From Octopus vulgaris (taxonomy: Eukaryota), in NCBI GenBank assembly GCA_951406725.2, contig OX597824.1, forward strand, positions 85,808,001 through 85,872,000: 64,000 nucleotides of DNA, given 5' to 3'. The position numbers and the translations under genes are program-made. The number at the start of each line of letters is the position of its first letter. Position 1 is the stretch's first letter. Below the pieces are notes generated by a model. That model did no database searches. It was not told the origin of the DNA and saw only the letters and a list, made by a program, of their open reading frames with translations. Shown one piece after another: positions 1 to 12,167 of this stretch.

Positions 1-847
1 TTGCTTGATCTGCTAGAAACACCAGCTAAGTCTCCCTCCAAACTACACCACTCTCTTACTGAAAAAAAAAGGACACGTTGGATAATGTAGTCCAGAGTAT
101 TTCTATTGCTGAAAGAGAAAAGGGAGAGGTGTTATGGTCATTCTTGGAATACCTGTGAACATAGATCTGCTTGACCAAGTCTGACCTTGGTTAAACAACA
201 ACAATACCACAAGGAACCATGTTAGTTAATTCCATCTTCCTTTGCTCCATTCCTGGCCGTATTTTATCCCCAGTTAGTAACCTGTCTGCAACGGTTATTT
301 CACTCACCCCTATCCAGTCATCCCACCCTCTCTTTCACACACACCATCATTCGCAGACACTCACAAAATCCAGATCTTTTTTCTGCTGATTTGTTACATT
401 TTCATTTTCTGGTTACCTAGTCAGCTGATCATATGCACCAAATTTAGAAGATATCTTTCTGTGGTTTAACCTAGGGTCACTTTTAAGGTGGGACCCATTA
501 CTAACTGTGCCAGTTGGATGTCAGAGGGTCAAAGCTACGCCAATGGTGGGCAGCCACCAATTGCTCAGTAAACTGTCAGACTAATACCACCAAAACACTA
601 AATGGTTTATATCCTACAGCTGTTCAATGTTTATAGTTACAACTAAATTTGCTCAGTCCATCTAGCTGTAAAATGGTACCATGGCATTAATACAGCACCC
701 AAAAATCAATATTTTACATATTAAACTTCTCCCTCCATTTATTCTTCCTTTAAGCCAATTTCCTTAAGTTGACTGGCATCTCATATCTCATTCACTTAAT
801 CTGTAGAATTATTCTGGTAGATCTAAGACTTCATTTTTATCTCAAAA

Positions 848-1917
848 CTAGCAGTATAATCCGGGATTGAGTTAGGATTAAGCTAATCAAGTTCTTTATT
901 TCAAACCAAACTAAGTAACGTCGACGTCAAATTTGGGCGAAATCCGTTGAATTTGGTAAACATTTGGCTGAAAATGAGTCGCAGATAACTTGATTGGGTA
1001 ATCCCATAAGGAATTGGTTTATCGATTTTTCCTACTCATCGATTATTTATTTTTTTTTTTCGTTTTTGGAGAACTTAGAGCATTCAAAGATCCCATGAGT
1101 CCTAAGTAATGCTGGCATCAAGTTTGAACAAAATACATCAAAATTGGTATAAGTTATGGTTGAAAATGGGGTGTAGCCAATTTTATTAGGAAATCCTACA
1201 CGGAATCGGTTTATCGATTTTTTTTTTTTATCCTGATTAAATGGAAAACCCCATAAGGAATCAGTTTATTGATTTTTCACCCCAAATAGGACCTAACCAA
1301 ACACAATATTACTGATTCAAAAGCATTTATATTTATACTTTAAAGTTGGTTTTCACACCCAACCCAGTTCTGCAGAATCAGTGTTGTGACGGGAGCGCAT
1401 GGGTTGGGAGTTTGATTGGCAGAGGTGATCAGGTTGCACATGCCAGCCCTTTGAAAACACCACCCCCATCATCTAACTCCCATTTGCCCATGGGTTGGGA
1501 ACCCTTCCAGCAAGGAAAATAGAATGCCCAAAAGGGCTCCTGATCCTCTGTCAGAAGCGGTTATGTTCAGATCACAACTAAGTCTTTATATATATACATA
1601 TATGGGCAACACACTCATACACACACACACGTACGTATGTACACCTATTGCATACATGTTTTTCGTATGCATACATGTTCGTGTGTGTGTGTGTGTTGCC
1701 CATATATCAACAAAGCACTTTTTTCTTCGATGGAAAAAAAAGACAACAAAACTCTTAAAAACTTACTCGTCACTAGAAGGGGACTTAACTCCTGTTTGCA
1801 AACAATGGTGATTTCTCCGACTTGAAAATTGTTAAAAGTTTTGATTGAAAATTTATTTTTACTGCTATTCGCTGGTGCCTCTGGGAAAAATAAGTTGACG
1901 AAAATACAGCTAGGGTC
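848..1917. mobile_element. Repeat element (Helentron/DINE-like?) flanked by a 27-bp direct repeat
   Basis: 1585-1918 is near-identical to 34885-35253. Internal degenerate repeats (ataaggaatcggtttatcgatttt). Flanked by atctaagacttcatttttatctcaaaa at 821-847 and 1918-1944. Confidence 0.55.
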
Positions 1918-2529
1918 ATCTAAGACTTCATTTTTATCTCAAAATGTTACAAGCCTTCATTGCTTGTTTCTTTAAAAAAAAAATAAAGTTTTGTGTCTGA
2001 TTTTGCAGCCATGTGATCAGAAGACAACCATGTGCCTCCTCAGTCACAGACTTGTGCCTCAACAAAGGTAGCTAGTATTCTGTGGTAAACTCCTATATGC
2101 CTGGTCTGAAAACTAGTTTCAATAAGGAAGCCGCTATGCAGTCACTTACCCTCTAGAAATAGCTAGCAAAATCTTCCTCATAGGACATCCCAGTGTCTTA
2201 AAAACAAAATTCATTGCACAGTAACATATAAAAAGAATGGATGGTCATAACTAGTTTGTCTTTGATCATAGATCTACTTGATCAAAGCTACCTAGGGCTA
2301 AACAATGACTAGTTTCAGTTTCATTCTTGTACATTTGTCTGTGAATCTTTTATGGCTGTATAAGACATCATTATCTGTACTGAAGGCTATACAGTGCTGG
2401 ATTAGATGCTGCTTTCCACCATTCTAGTTCTCCATATTCAGAGTTTTAATTCAACTGGAAGGTTTAGAATTTTGTTTGCTCTTCTTCACTGCCTTGATGT
2501 CAATAAAAATACTAAAAGTTTTGATGATA

Positions 2530-3190
2530 TTATAATAATAATAATGATGATGAAATTATTGTATACAGTGCTCAGGTGCACCACAACTTGTCAAAAGTGT
2601 GTATAAAGCATATGCAGTAATGTACAAATGTCTGGAAAGTGAACAGTGTATGAGTCAGATACATGCTTGCGTATGTATGGAGGGAGAAAATCAGGTGTAG
2701 TGTTGGCGAATCTCAGGAAGCATGGAAGTTTTGAAGGATGCAGTGCTCCGACAACTAACAACTGATGCCGGCAGTTTGTTCCATACTTCAGCAACTCTTA
2801 GCAAGAAAAAATGTTTCCGAAAGTCATGGGAGCTGTGCTGTTTTCTGACTTTGTAAACATGTCAATGGGTGTTAGGCGGGTGGAGTTTGAAAAGGCGCTA
2901 AGAGTTATTGCTTGTAAGATGGTTAATAATTTTATGGGTGTCTGCCAAGTCAGCTGCCAAACGTCAGAGTTTCAATGTATCCATGCCCAGGGAAGTAAGG
3001 CGCTCAGAATATGGCAAATGCCTGATGGAGGGTATTCTCTTGGTTGCACGTCGCTGAACAGCTTCCAGACGATTAATATCCTGGGCAAGATAGGGGTTCC
3101 AGACCGGTGATGCAAATTCCAGGTGAGGTCGTACCATAGCTATATAAAGCTGCAGATAGATAGCCGGAGTGTGGCTCACAAAGGACTTGG
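2530..3190 (-). mobile_element. CR1/L2-type LINE 3' fragment
   Basis: The minus ORF LYIAMVRPHLEFASPVWNPY..INRLEAVQRRATKRI..LPYSERL is the typical CR1-clade post-RT segment. (ATA)n/(ATG)n tail at about 2530-2552. Confidence 0.85.
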
Positions 3191-4284
3191 TGGCTAATTA
3201 TTATGACTAATAATAGTGACGGCATCATTCATTTTAAGACAAATTCTCCTTGTTAAAGTGGAATTGACATCATAAAACTCCATGCGTATCTTCTCTCATC
3301 ATGGTTTTTCTCTGTGAGGCAATATTTTTTACAGTCAGATACATTTCCTATTGTCTACTCCAATTGCTTCTTAAAACACAAGGGTATAGTGTTCAATATC
3401 CCTGTAGGTTGTAACAGAACACTAAAAAGTGTTGTATTCTAAAACCACGATAACATTCATGTCCGAAACTTAATTCCATTAAAGACATTCCCCACTACCA
3501 CCTCTGCCTCCCTGACAAAAAATGTATGACTTGTGCCTCTCTAACAAATTATGGAATCACATGCAGACTGGACAAAGACATCAACTTCACATACCCAGCT
3601 GTAAACAAGTACAATCTGCTTGTTGACAGTGGGAGCACTTTACAGCTAACAAGTGTTTTTGTCAGTTTCTAGTATTGAATTCAAGTCATCTTTAGAGAGT
3701 CTTTAGTAGACAGTTAAACCTTATCCAGGGTATGCGGGGTGTCTTCAAATGGTTATGAAGTGTACAGAATCCCTGAAACAGAACTTCAAATACTTGTTTT
3801 TCATTTGAAATTTATATTTTGTATATTTTTATTTGTTGAATCATAAAAAAATGTTGAAACTGGGTACTGCTGCTGCCTTCGAGAAAACCACTCAATGCTG
3901 AGCTTTTATATCATCACAAGTTCTTTCTTTAATTCTTTTTGATAGTTTTAAAACTGGAAGTGTTTCAGACTGTCTTTATACCATGATACATTTAGAGGAA
4001 TGTTCAATGCAATAACCACTTTGTAAATTAGTTTTAGACAAGCCATGAGAATTCTGTAGCTTCACTTCTTCATAGTGTATGCCACATCGCTCTTAGACAT
4101 TGATGCCCTCTCCCACCAACTTGTGAGCAAATTTCCCTCTGGGCTGTACAAGATGACATTGTATGTACCAGCTGTGAGACAGTGCATAGTTCTTTGTTTT
4201 GCATAAGCTCATGGATATACGTCATGTTGGCCTGACTTACGGGGTTATAGAAGAAAAGTGCAGTGACAGGTTTGACAGAAACAG

Positions 4285-4515
4285 GCGGCGAGCTGGTAGA
4301 AACATTAGCACGCCGAGCAAAAAGCTTAGCAGTATTTCGTCTGCCACTATGTTCTGAGTTCAAATTCTGCTAAGGTCGACTTTGCCTTTCATCCTTTCGG
4401 GGGCGATTAAATAAGTACCAGTTATACACTGGGGTCGTAATAATTGACTTAATCCATTTGTCTGTTCTTGTTTGTCCCTTCTGTGTTTAGCTCTTTGTGG
4501 GCAGTAAAGAAATAA
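4285..4515 (+). mobile_element. SINE family 1 (tRNA-like head GGCGGCGAGCTGGCAGAA, tail shared with the Tx1 LINE); representative copy
   Basis: Other copies at about 8407-8602(-), 9085-9221(-), 17170-17386(+), 18560-18897(-, two), 20766-20997(+), 31957-32186(-), 42640-42850(-), 54010-54240(-), 55711-55935(+) and 60820-61028(-). Confidence 0.85.
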
Positions 4516-5514
4516 GAAACAGTGTCCTGCAAAATTTTAGCCATCTCTGATTGTCTGGCTGACAAGTGGCAGAGGATTGATACAGCAACTTGTTTGATAT
4601 ATGGTCAGCTTAAGAACTGTTAAAAGCCTTGCGCAGAAGTCAAGTATACATACCATCTAGTGTGCATTGTTGGGCCACTGTAAGAGACCAGCATTCAGAG
4701 ATGTAGAGAAGAACAAATTCTACTGTAGCATGAACACAGCTGTAGAACAATTGTATTGAAATTACAGATAAGAAAACTTTCACTCTCTCTGTCTTCAGTT
4801 CTTGGAAACCAGTGATAGTACAAAATATTTAAAATAAAACATACTAAAAATATGTGATGTTTTGGGCAGGGACCTTCACAAAAATCACTAATAATTCTTC
4901 TCCTTATTGGCTAACCTCAAACCTTAAATCACATTTACAGTCTGTTCCTCCACCTACACACAGAATTCTGGAGGACTTTTTATGTATGGCCTGGAATTGG
5001 CCAGACTCATTTAATCATCAATGTGTCATTTCAGCCAATCTTAATGAAGAATCAGTTGAAATGCTGACACTCTCAAAATTTGGCTCTTTGTTATTACCCT
5101 GCATTTCAAAATGGGAACAATCATCATCATCGTTTAATGTCCACTTTCCTCCATGCTAGCATGGGTTGGATGATTTCACTGAGGTTTGGCAAACCAGATG
5201 GCTGCATCAGACTCCAATCTGATCTGGCAGAGTTTCTACAGCTGGATGCCCTTCCTAACGCCAATGTCTCAATTATTTATTCCAATTTTAATTTATTTTC
5301 TTAAAGAATTCTTTCTGATGGATATTTATTTGCAATATCATCATCACCATAAATTCCCACCATCCCTGCAATTTTACCTTGGTTCACTCATTTCAGGACC
5401 ACCTAGTCAATGGGACAACAAGGATTTTCTTTAAAATGCTATTTTGTGGTCACTATCCTCAGTTTCCAAACAAATTCTCCAAAATTAACCTCAAATTCTT
5501 TTTCTTTTCTTTTA

Positions 5515-5912
5515 TTCTTTTACTTGTGTCAGTCATTTGACTGCGGCCATGCTGGAGCACCGCCTTTAGTCGAGCAACTCGACCCCGGGACTTATTCCTT
5601 TGTAAGCCCAGTACTTATTCTATCGGTCTCTTTTGCCGAACCGCTAAGTAACGGGGACATAAGCACACCAGCATCGGTTGTCAAGCAATGCTAGGGGGAC
5701 AAACACAGACACACAAATACACACTCGCAAACATATATATACATATATACGACGGGCTTCTTTCAGTTTCCATCTACCAAATCGACTCACAAGGCTTTGG
5801 TCGGCCCGAGGCTATAGTAGAAGACACTTGCCCAAGGTGCCACGCAGTGGGACTGAACCCGCAACCATGTGGTTGGTAGACAAGCTACTTACCATACAAC
5901 CACTCCTGCGCC
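5515..5912 (-). mobile_element. SINE family 2 (tRNA head, CORE-like TTGGGCAAGT box, internal microsatellite, CAGTCAAATGACTGAAAC tail); representative copy
   Basis: Other copies at about 22926-23337(-), 40425-40765(+), 42209-42625(+), 47575-47935(+), 50385-50840(-), 52112-52430(+) and 62930-63345(-). Confidence 0.85.
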
Positions 5913-6745
5913 TATTTTTTGACTATTTTTTGTCACAATGAAAGGGTCAGCAAACAAAATAACACAAGGTGCGGGTTAATAATGAACAAATGCCCAAAGT
6001 CTTGATATTCCAAAGAATGTTTCTATTCTACAAATTTGATTTTAGTCAAGTCTTTACATCATTTTGTAGTGTAAAGGCCTGACAAAAAAAAAATAAATAA
6101 AATATAGAAACAAATAAATTGAATGACCCAGTTGTCAGGATTGGGAAATAATGTGAAATGATTGAAAAAAGATCCCATGTGACCCTTTTTAGGAGTGACT
6201 CAAATTCTTCACAATTAGTTCTGATCTATTTTTTTTTTTAGCTACATCATCTAAAATGGGGGCTCATTTTATCATTTTTTTTTTTTATCTGCTGGCATGT
6301 GGAAGTTGTCTTGACCTTGGCTGCAAAGTTAAAGCTTCTAAGCTTTCAATACAGGTTAATATTTATGGCTTTTTATATTTCAACATCTGTTGTTTTTTTT
6401 TTCCAATATTTAATAAAGAAATATGTAAATGAAAACTATAAAATTCAAATATGCTACATTTTCAATAAAAGTTCTAATTTTTTATGTGTTTTTGTTTTGC
6501 AATGTCCAAAGCCCAAGTACAAACTATTGGATGCCTTTAGGTTAAATGTTTTTGATTTTTAAAAAAATGTTAGAATTTTCCAGGCTGTTAAAGTCATCCT
6601 CATATCTCCATGTTGGCAGAGGGTGGACTGTATCAGGAATGGCCCAAGTCAGGTCTTATTTGGAGTTATTGCTCTGCTAAGTGGGTTGGAAAATACATCT
6701 CACTGATACATTCTCACTTTTAGCATGGTTTGGTTTACCCCTTAA

Positions 6746-6963
6746 CCCTTTAGTTACTGTATTTATATTGAGATGCTCTGTGTTTCTTTCAATTATTTTA
6801 AACATAAAGAATTTAGTAAATTAACTTAGTTATCATTAAGCTAGTGTTAGGAACATAAATTGTGATTAAGGTTTGATGGGAGATTTTAATTCAGAACTTA
6901 TGAAAACAAGACATTTGTACTACAGAGTCAGAGCCGGTATTGGCCAGGTTGGTAACGAAAGGG
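6746..6963. mobile_element. piggyBac-like MITE
   Basis: TTAA|CCCTTTAGTTAC ... GTAACGAAAGGG|TTAA, i.e. a TTAA TSD with CCCT termini. Confidence 0.7.
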
Positions 6964-7054
6964 TTAAGCTCCATCTTGAGCTGCAACTGAGAAAAAGTGG
7001 TGTTGCAGCTGCCTGCCAAAGATAGCTAGAAGTGTTTCATCATTGAGAGGGGAG

Positions 7055-7325
7055 ATCATCATCATCATAATCATCGTTTAACGTCCGCTTTCCATGCTAG
7101 CATGGGTTGGACGGTTCAACTGGGGTCTGGGAAGCCCGAAGGCTGCACCAGGCCAGTCAGATCTGGTGGTGTTTCTACAGCTGGATGCCTTTCCTAACAC
7201 CAACCACTCCGTGAGTGTAGTGGGTGCTTTTTATGTGCCACCGACACAGGTGCCAGACGAGGCTGGCGAACGGCCACGCTCGGATGGTGTTTTTTACGTG
7301 TCACTGGCACGGCCACGATCGGATG
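7055..7325 (-). mobile_element. Repeat family 4 with an RTE-like (ATG)n tail; representative copy
   Basis: catcatcgtttaacgtccgctttccatgctagcatgggttgg...ctggatgcc. Other copies at about 5120-5265, 60180-60440 and 61630-61998 (opposite strand). Confidence 0.75.
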
Positions 7326-8004
7326 TGACAAAACATCTGGACTGATAGATGGACAGGACAAAACAAGGATGGGTCATTCGTGGCCGTCTTTCTTCAGTCA
7401 AGTTTCCAGATTATTCTTACATTCGAGCCTGTTCAAATCTGGCTGGCCCCCAAAATCTAAGCTAAGATCATTGAATATTTTGGGAAAAAACAAGCGAATG
7501 TGTACGACAACAAAGACAAAAAACAATATATATATATGTGTGTGTGTGTGTATGTTTGTGTTTGTTTCCACTACCATTGTTTGACAACCGATGTGGTTGT
7601 ATTTACGTCCCTGTAACTTAGCGGTGCGGCAAAAGATAGACACCGATAGAATAAGTGCTAGGCTTACAAAAGTATGTCCTGGTGTTGATTTATTCAACTA
7701 AAACCCTTTAAGGGGGTGCTCCAGCATGGCTGCAGTCAAATGACTAGAATGTGTGTGTGTGTGTGGAGGCGCGTGGCTTAGTGGTTAGGGTGTCAGCATC
7801 ATGATCGTAAGAATGTGGTTTCGATTCCTGGACCGGCCGATGCATTGTGTTCTTGAGCAAAACACTTCATTTCACGTTACTCCAGTCCACTCAGCTGGCA
7901 AAAATGGGTAACGCTGCAATGGACTTGCGTCCCGTCCAGCTGGGGAACACGCCATAGAAACCGGGCCCATGAGCCTGGCTAGTCTTTAAAAGGGCGCATT
8001 TATT

Positions 8005-8040
<36 letters not shown>

Positions 8041-9240
8041 ACAGATTAAGATTATTTTTTATCGGTTGAAATTGAGTTTGTTACTGTTGTGATTGATTTG
8101 TTTCGATTGAAATAGATTTGTAAACAATAATATGATAAACGATAGTTGATACACAGTAGGATAGAATGTCGGCGTCGTAATTAGTTTGTAAAGATTGGTT
8201 CTTCGTTGATTACCATTATGTAAAGCAAAAAGAGCAGTGATTGAAGTTGTAAAGAAAATATTTATGCTTACCGTTACATTATACAATACCTTGCCTCGAC
8301 GGGCAGGTGATAAAATCCTAGAGCATGGGAAGTAAAAACAAGTTAATTTCGATCTGCATGTTCTTATTGTAGTAGTAGACCATAGACAGAGATATGGTAA
8401 TGTGCAGGGGACAAACAAAGACAGACATATGTATTAAGTCGATTATATCGACCCCAGTGCGTAACTGGTACTTAATTTATCGACCCCGAAAGGATGAAAG
8501 GCAAAGTCGACCTCGGCGGAATTTGAACTCACAACGTAACGACAGACGAAACACGGCTACGCATTCCGCTCGGCGTGCTAACGTTTCTGCCAGCTCGCCG
8601 CCTAAATATACCACATATACCTGTCTCCAAAATGGATACAGTTATAGTCAATTATATCAACCTGTAGTATCTCACTATTATTTTATTTTTCGACCACAGA
8701 AAAATGAAAAGCAAAGTTGACCTCGGCGAGATTTGAACGTAGAACGTAAACGACCGTAATTAAATATCGCATCGTCTTAATGAATCTCGTCATCCACTGC
8801 CTGAATACCAGGATTGATTGGACGCAAATTTGCTTCTGCCCCGCCAGTAAGACACCAATAATAATTAAAATAGCTAGTCCACCCCTCCCAAAGTGAATTT
8901 AAAATAGAAAGAAAACATATACATGGCCATAAAGGCCTCAAATAATAGACTGGTCAACCGTTTGGCAGTTATCCCAACTGCCAAACGAGTTGAAAAAACG
9001 ACTTCAAAAGACTTTCATATCTACAGGATAATAAATGGTGGTATGCTCTCAAGCGGGCCATTAAATTCGAGTCTATTAGATATATATTTCTTTACTACCC
9101 ACAAGGGGCCAAACACAGAGGGGACAAACAAGGACAGACAAAGCGATTAAGTAGATTCCATCAATCCCAGTGCGTAACTGGTACTTAATTTATCGACCCT
9201 GAAAGGATGAAAGGCAAAGTCTAGATATAGCATATGATTA

Positions 9241-11963
9241 GTGGCTAGAGAGGCTATGAGGGGATCAACTCTAGTTAAGGAATTAGAGGAAGCCATGAAA
9301 ACTGGCTCTACGGCTCAAGTGACGGCCAAGAGACTGGCGTTAAACCAGCACCTCGAGGCCAAACACATGGGCTGTATTGTCAGGGCTAGGATCCGCGCAG
9401 TGGGTTGTGAGGGAATGAAGGCCGCAGGATGGGCCCGAGTGGTGGAGGCTAAACGTGGTAATGATGCCACAATTCGATCTTTGACGAACCAACAAGGTAA
9501 GTTGATAGACGAACCCGAGGAGATGTGTGAAGCCTTTCAGGAGCACTTCGCTCAGCTTTTCGGTGGGGGCGACGGACCGGACAGTAGGAGGGACTTTACG
9601 GACCTCCTCGACGGGCTGCCGCGCCTATCGGGGCGAGACGCGGAGAGCTGTGAAGGGCCGATCACGCCTGAGGAGGTGGAAGAGGCTATGGCGGACTACG
9701 GCGCGGGTAAGGCGCCAGGTCTGGATGGTCTACCCTATGAGTTATATAATAGCATGCCAGACTTGTTCGGGCACCTACTGGCGGATGTCTACACGAACTG
9801 GCAGCAGAACGGGTTTATTCCCATATCTGTGCACCGGGGAGTAGTGACGCTTGTCAGAAAGGACCCGAACAAGGGGGATTGTATTGATAATTTCCGGCCC
9901 ATCACTCTGCTAAACACAGAGTTACAGATTTTGGCCAAAGTGTTATCGAAAAGATTGGCGCGTGTCGCGGATGGTCTGATCGGGGAGGCACAGACATGTG
10001 CCGTTCCTGGCAGAACCATTCAGGATAATCTCCATCTTATGCGGTACACTTTAGAGGGGTTTAATAGTGATTCTGGCAAGGATGGGGCACTGGTCCATTT
10101 AGACCTATCTAAAGCTTTTGGTAGGGTTGACCATCGCTACCTGGTGTCCGTTCTGGCACAGTTCGGCCTGGGCCTTGGCTTCCTCAGGTGGATCATTCAG
10201 ATTTATGACAACATCGACTCGGTAGTTCGGGTGAACGGTTTCTTTTCGAAGTCGTTCAACATCAAACGCTTGGTTCGTCAAGGGTGTCCGCTCTCCCCGC
10301 TTTTGTACGTGATGGCTCTTGAGCCATTACTGCGAAAATTGAGCGGCATCCCGAGACAGCCAGGTTGTGGAAAATCGGTGTCAGACTACGTAACCGAAAT
10401 GGATCACCTACAGAGGGTAGGCAAGGCCATAGAGGTTTACGAGACGTTGGCAGGAACAAAAGTTAATCGTGAAAAGTCAGTCGGCTTGCAGCTCGGCACC
10501 TGGAGAGGCAAGTCGATGCCTCCCGACAGCGTCGTGGGACGTTGGACGGAGAGTCCGATTAAGTTGCTAGGGGTTTGGTTTGGACCAGACCTCCAAATAG
10601 AGAAGAACTGGGCCGAGGTATCGGGCAGGGTGGCTGCAGTAGTCGAGACCTGGTCTTGGCGGTGGCTATCCCTGGAAGGAAGGGCGGAGGTAGCCAATGT
10701 GTTTATCGCATCGGTCATTACCTACCGCCTATCCGTCGTTCCTTGCCCTGATTCGTGGTTGACCAAGCTGGAAAGACAGCTCTTTCACTTTTTGTGGAGG
10801 GGCTGGAAACCGCTTGTGAAACGCTCTACTTACTGTCAACAACCGTTAAAGGGTGGGCTAGGGATGCCTTGGCTGTTGATGCGCTGACATGCACTGAGGT
10901 TGAGGCATCTGTGGCTCTACCTGGATGGTGAACGGGTGTGGTCTCTGCTAGCTAAACTGATGTTTTCCAAGTTCACTAGTTTCGGTGGACGGGAAGCCTG
11001 GTTGAATCGAAGATCGAAACTGGGCACATGGTTTACGGAGTGTCGCAAGGCTCTCCTGCTATTCCGTCGCTCGGGCAACGCCTGCGGTGGGGGTTCCACC
11101 ACATTCTTCTATAGAGGGCTGGTAGAGGCGAAATGTGAAGATACTTTAGTGGAAACCCTAGGTCTCGACGATAATCAGTTGGCCAGTCTGTTCCGACGTA
11201 CATTCAGGCCGAAGACCCTGGACAACTTTCAGAAGTCTCTGGCATGGCAGTGTTACAGAGGAGCCTTACCTGTTCGGGACAAACTCGTAAGGCATGGTGG
11301 CCGAGGCAATCCGACATGTCCAAGATGCGAGCGGGATAGGGAAACCGTCTCGCACGCTATTGTTCAATGTCCGGAGGTGTCAGAGGTATGGGTTTATGCC
11401 GAACAACCGTTGACAAACACACGAAGAGTACAGCTGTCGACTGAGTCTATTATAAAAATTGACCCTCCGGATTTCCTCTTGAAAGAAGGTAAGAATTGTT
11501 TTCTCAGTGTAGTTGCAATTGCGAGAGAGGTGATTTGGAAGACGAGGCTGAAAGGTATAGAGTCAGGCAATTTCATCTTTGGCCCTGGATTGATGAATTA
11601 CTTCATCTTCCACCTGAAAAGGAAAATAGGGCTGGAGAGAAAATGCCTGACTGAGAAAGGGTTCAAAAAACGATGGAAGTATGTAGCACAGATGTTGCGT
11701 ATGAATGGTACCACATGAATGTGGGACAGGATGAAACCAAGGTATCAGTGGCGAGGGAGGGGGGACTCGTGAGGTCCGAGCTAAACCCGCCCCCTCACTC
11801 CATCCGTAATGTCTTCCGGTCTCACCTCTCATCCGATTTTTTCGATTTTATTGTATTAAAATTTTTAATTTCATCATATATGTAAAATCATCCGATAGTC
11901 TGACCCCAAATCAGATTGTGTTGTCCCTTCTTTGTTCGCCCCTTGTGGGTAATAAAAAAATCA
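9241..11963 (+). mobile_element. 5'-truncated Tx1/L1-clade LINE, ORF2 RT plus zf-RVT, inactive
   Basis: ORFs 9241-10887 and 10900-11718 lie in the same frame, separated by a TGA. RT motifs KAPGLDGLP, NFRPITLLN, LDLSKAF and RQGCPLSPLLY; C-terminal CPRC..HAIVQC. YADD is deleted and no endonuclease is present. A-rich 3' end. Confidence 0.92.
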
Positions 11964-12076
11964 ACCAATAATAATTAAAATAGCTGTTAAGTGGAATTGA
12001 ACACACGGCCTTAGTAACTATAATTTTTACTTATAGAATTAGATTTCGTACGAGTTAAATAGCATTAAAAATGGAC

Positions 12077-12128
12077 GAAACTATTTTCAAATGGTACCTT
12101 TCCAAATCTGCATTGGCCTATATATAAA
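12077..12128 (+). promoter_or_regulatory. Promoter of paralogue A: octamer variant ATCTGCAT plus TATATAAA
   Basis: ATCTGCAT at 12106-12113 and TATATAAA at 12121-12128, 40 nt before the ATG at 12168. The block aligns with the B and C upstream sequences. Confidence 0.6.
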
Positions 12129-12167
12129 CCATGTTAGATGGTGTGCAAAATAGCGAAACCAAGCAGC

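Noticed and set aside
1524-8720. Numerous 60-130 aa ORFs here and throughout the window
   Set aside because: They are translations of SINEs and microsatellites (YIYI, HTHT and recurring identical peptides).
9241-11718. Active LINE or stop-codon readthrough
   Set aside because: YADD is deleted and the endonuclease is missing. The TGA is best explained by CpG decay.
12138-12167. Upstream in-frame starts for the patatins (12138, 30147, 48247)
   Set aside because: They lie within or upstream of the TATA/TSS zone and are not conserved, whereas the MGxxxS starts are.
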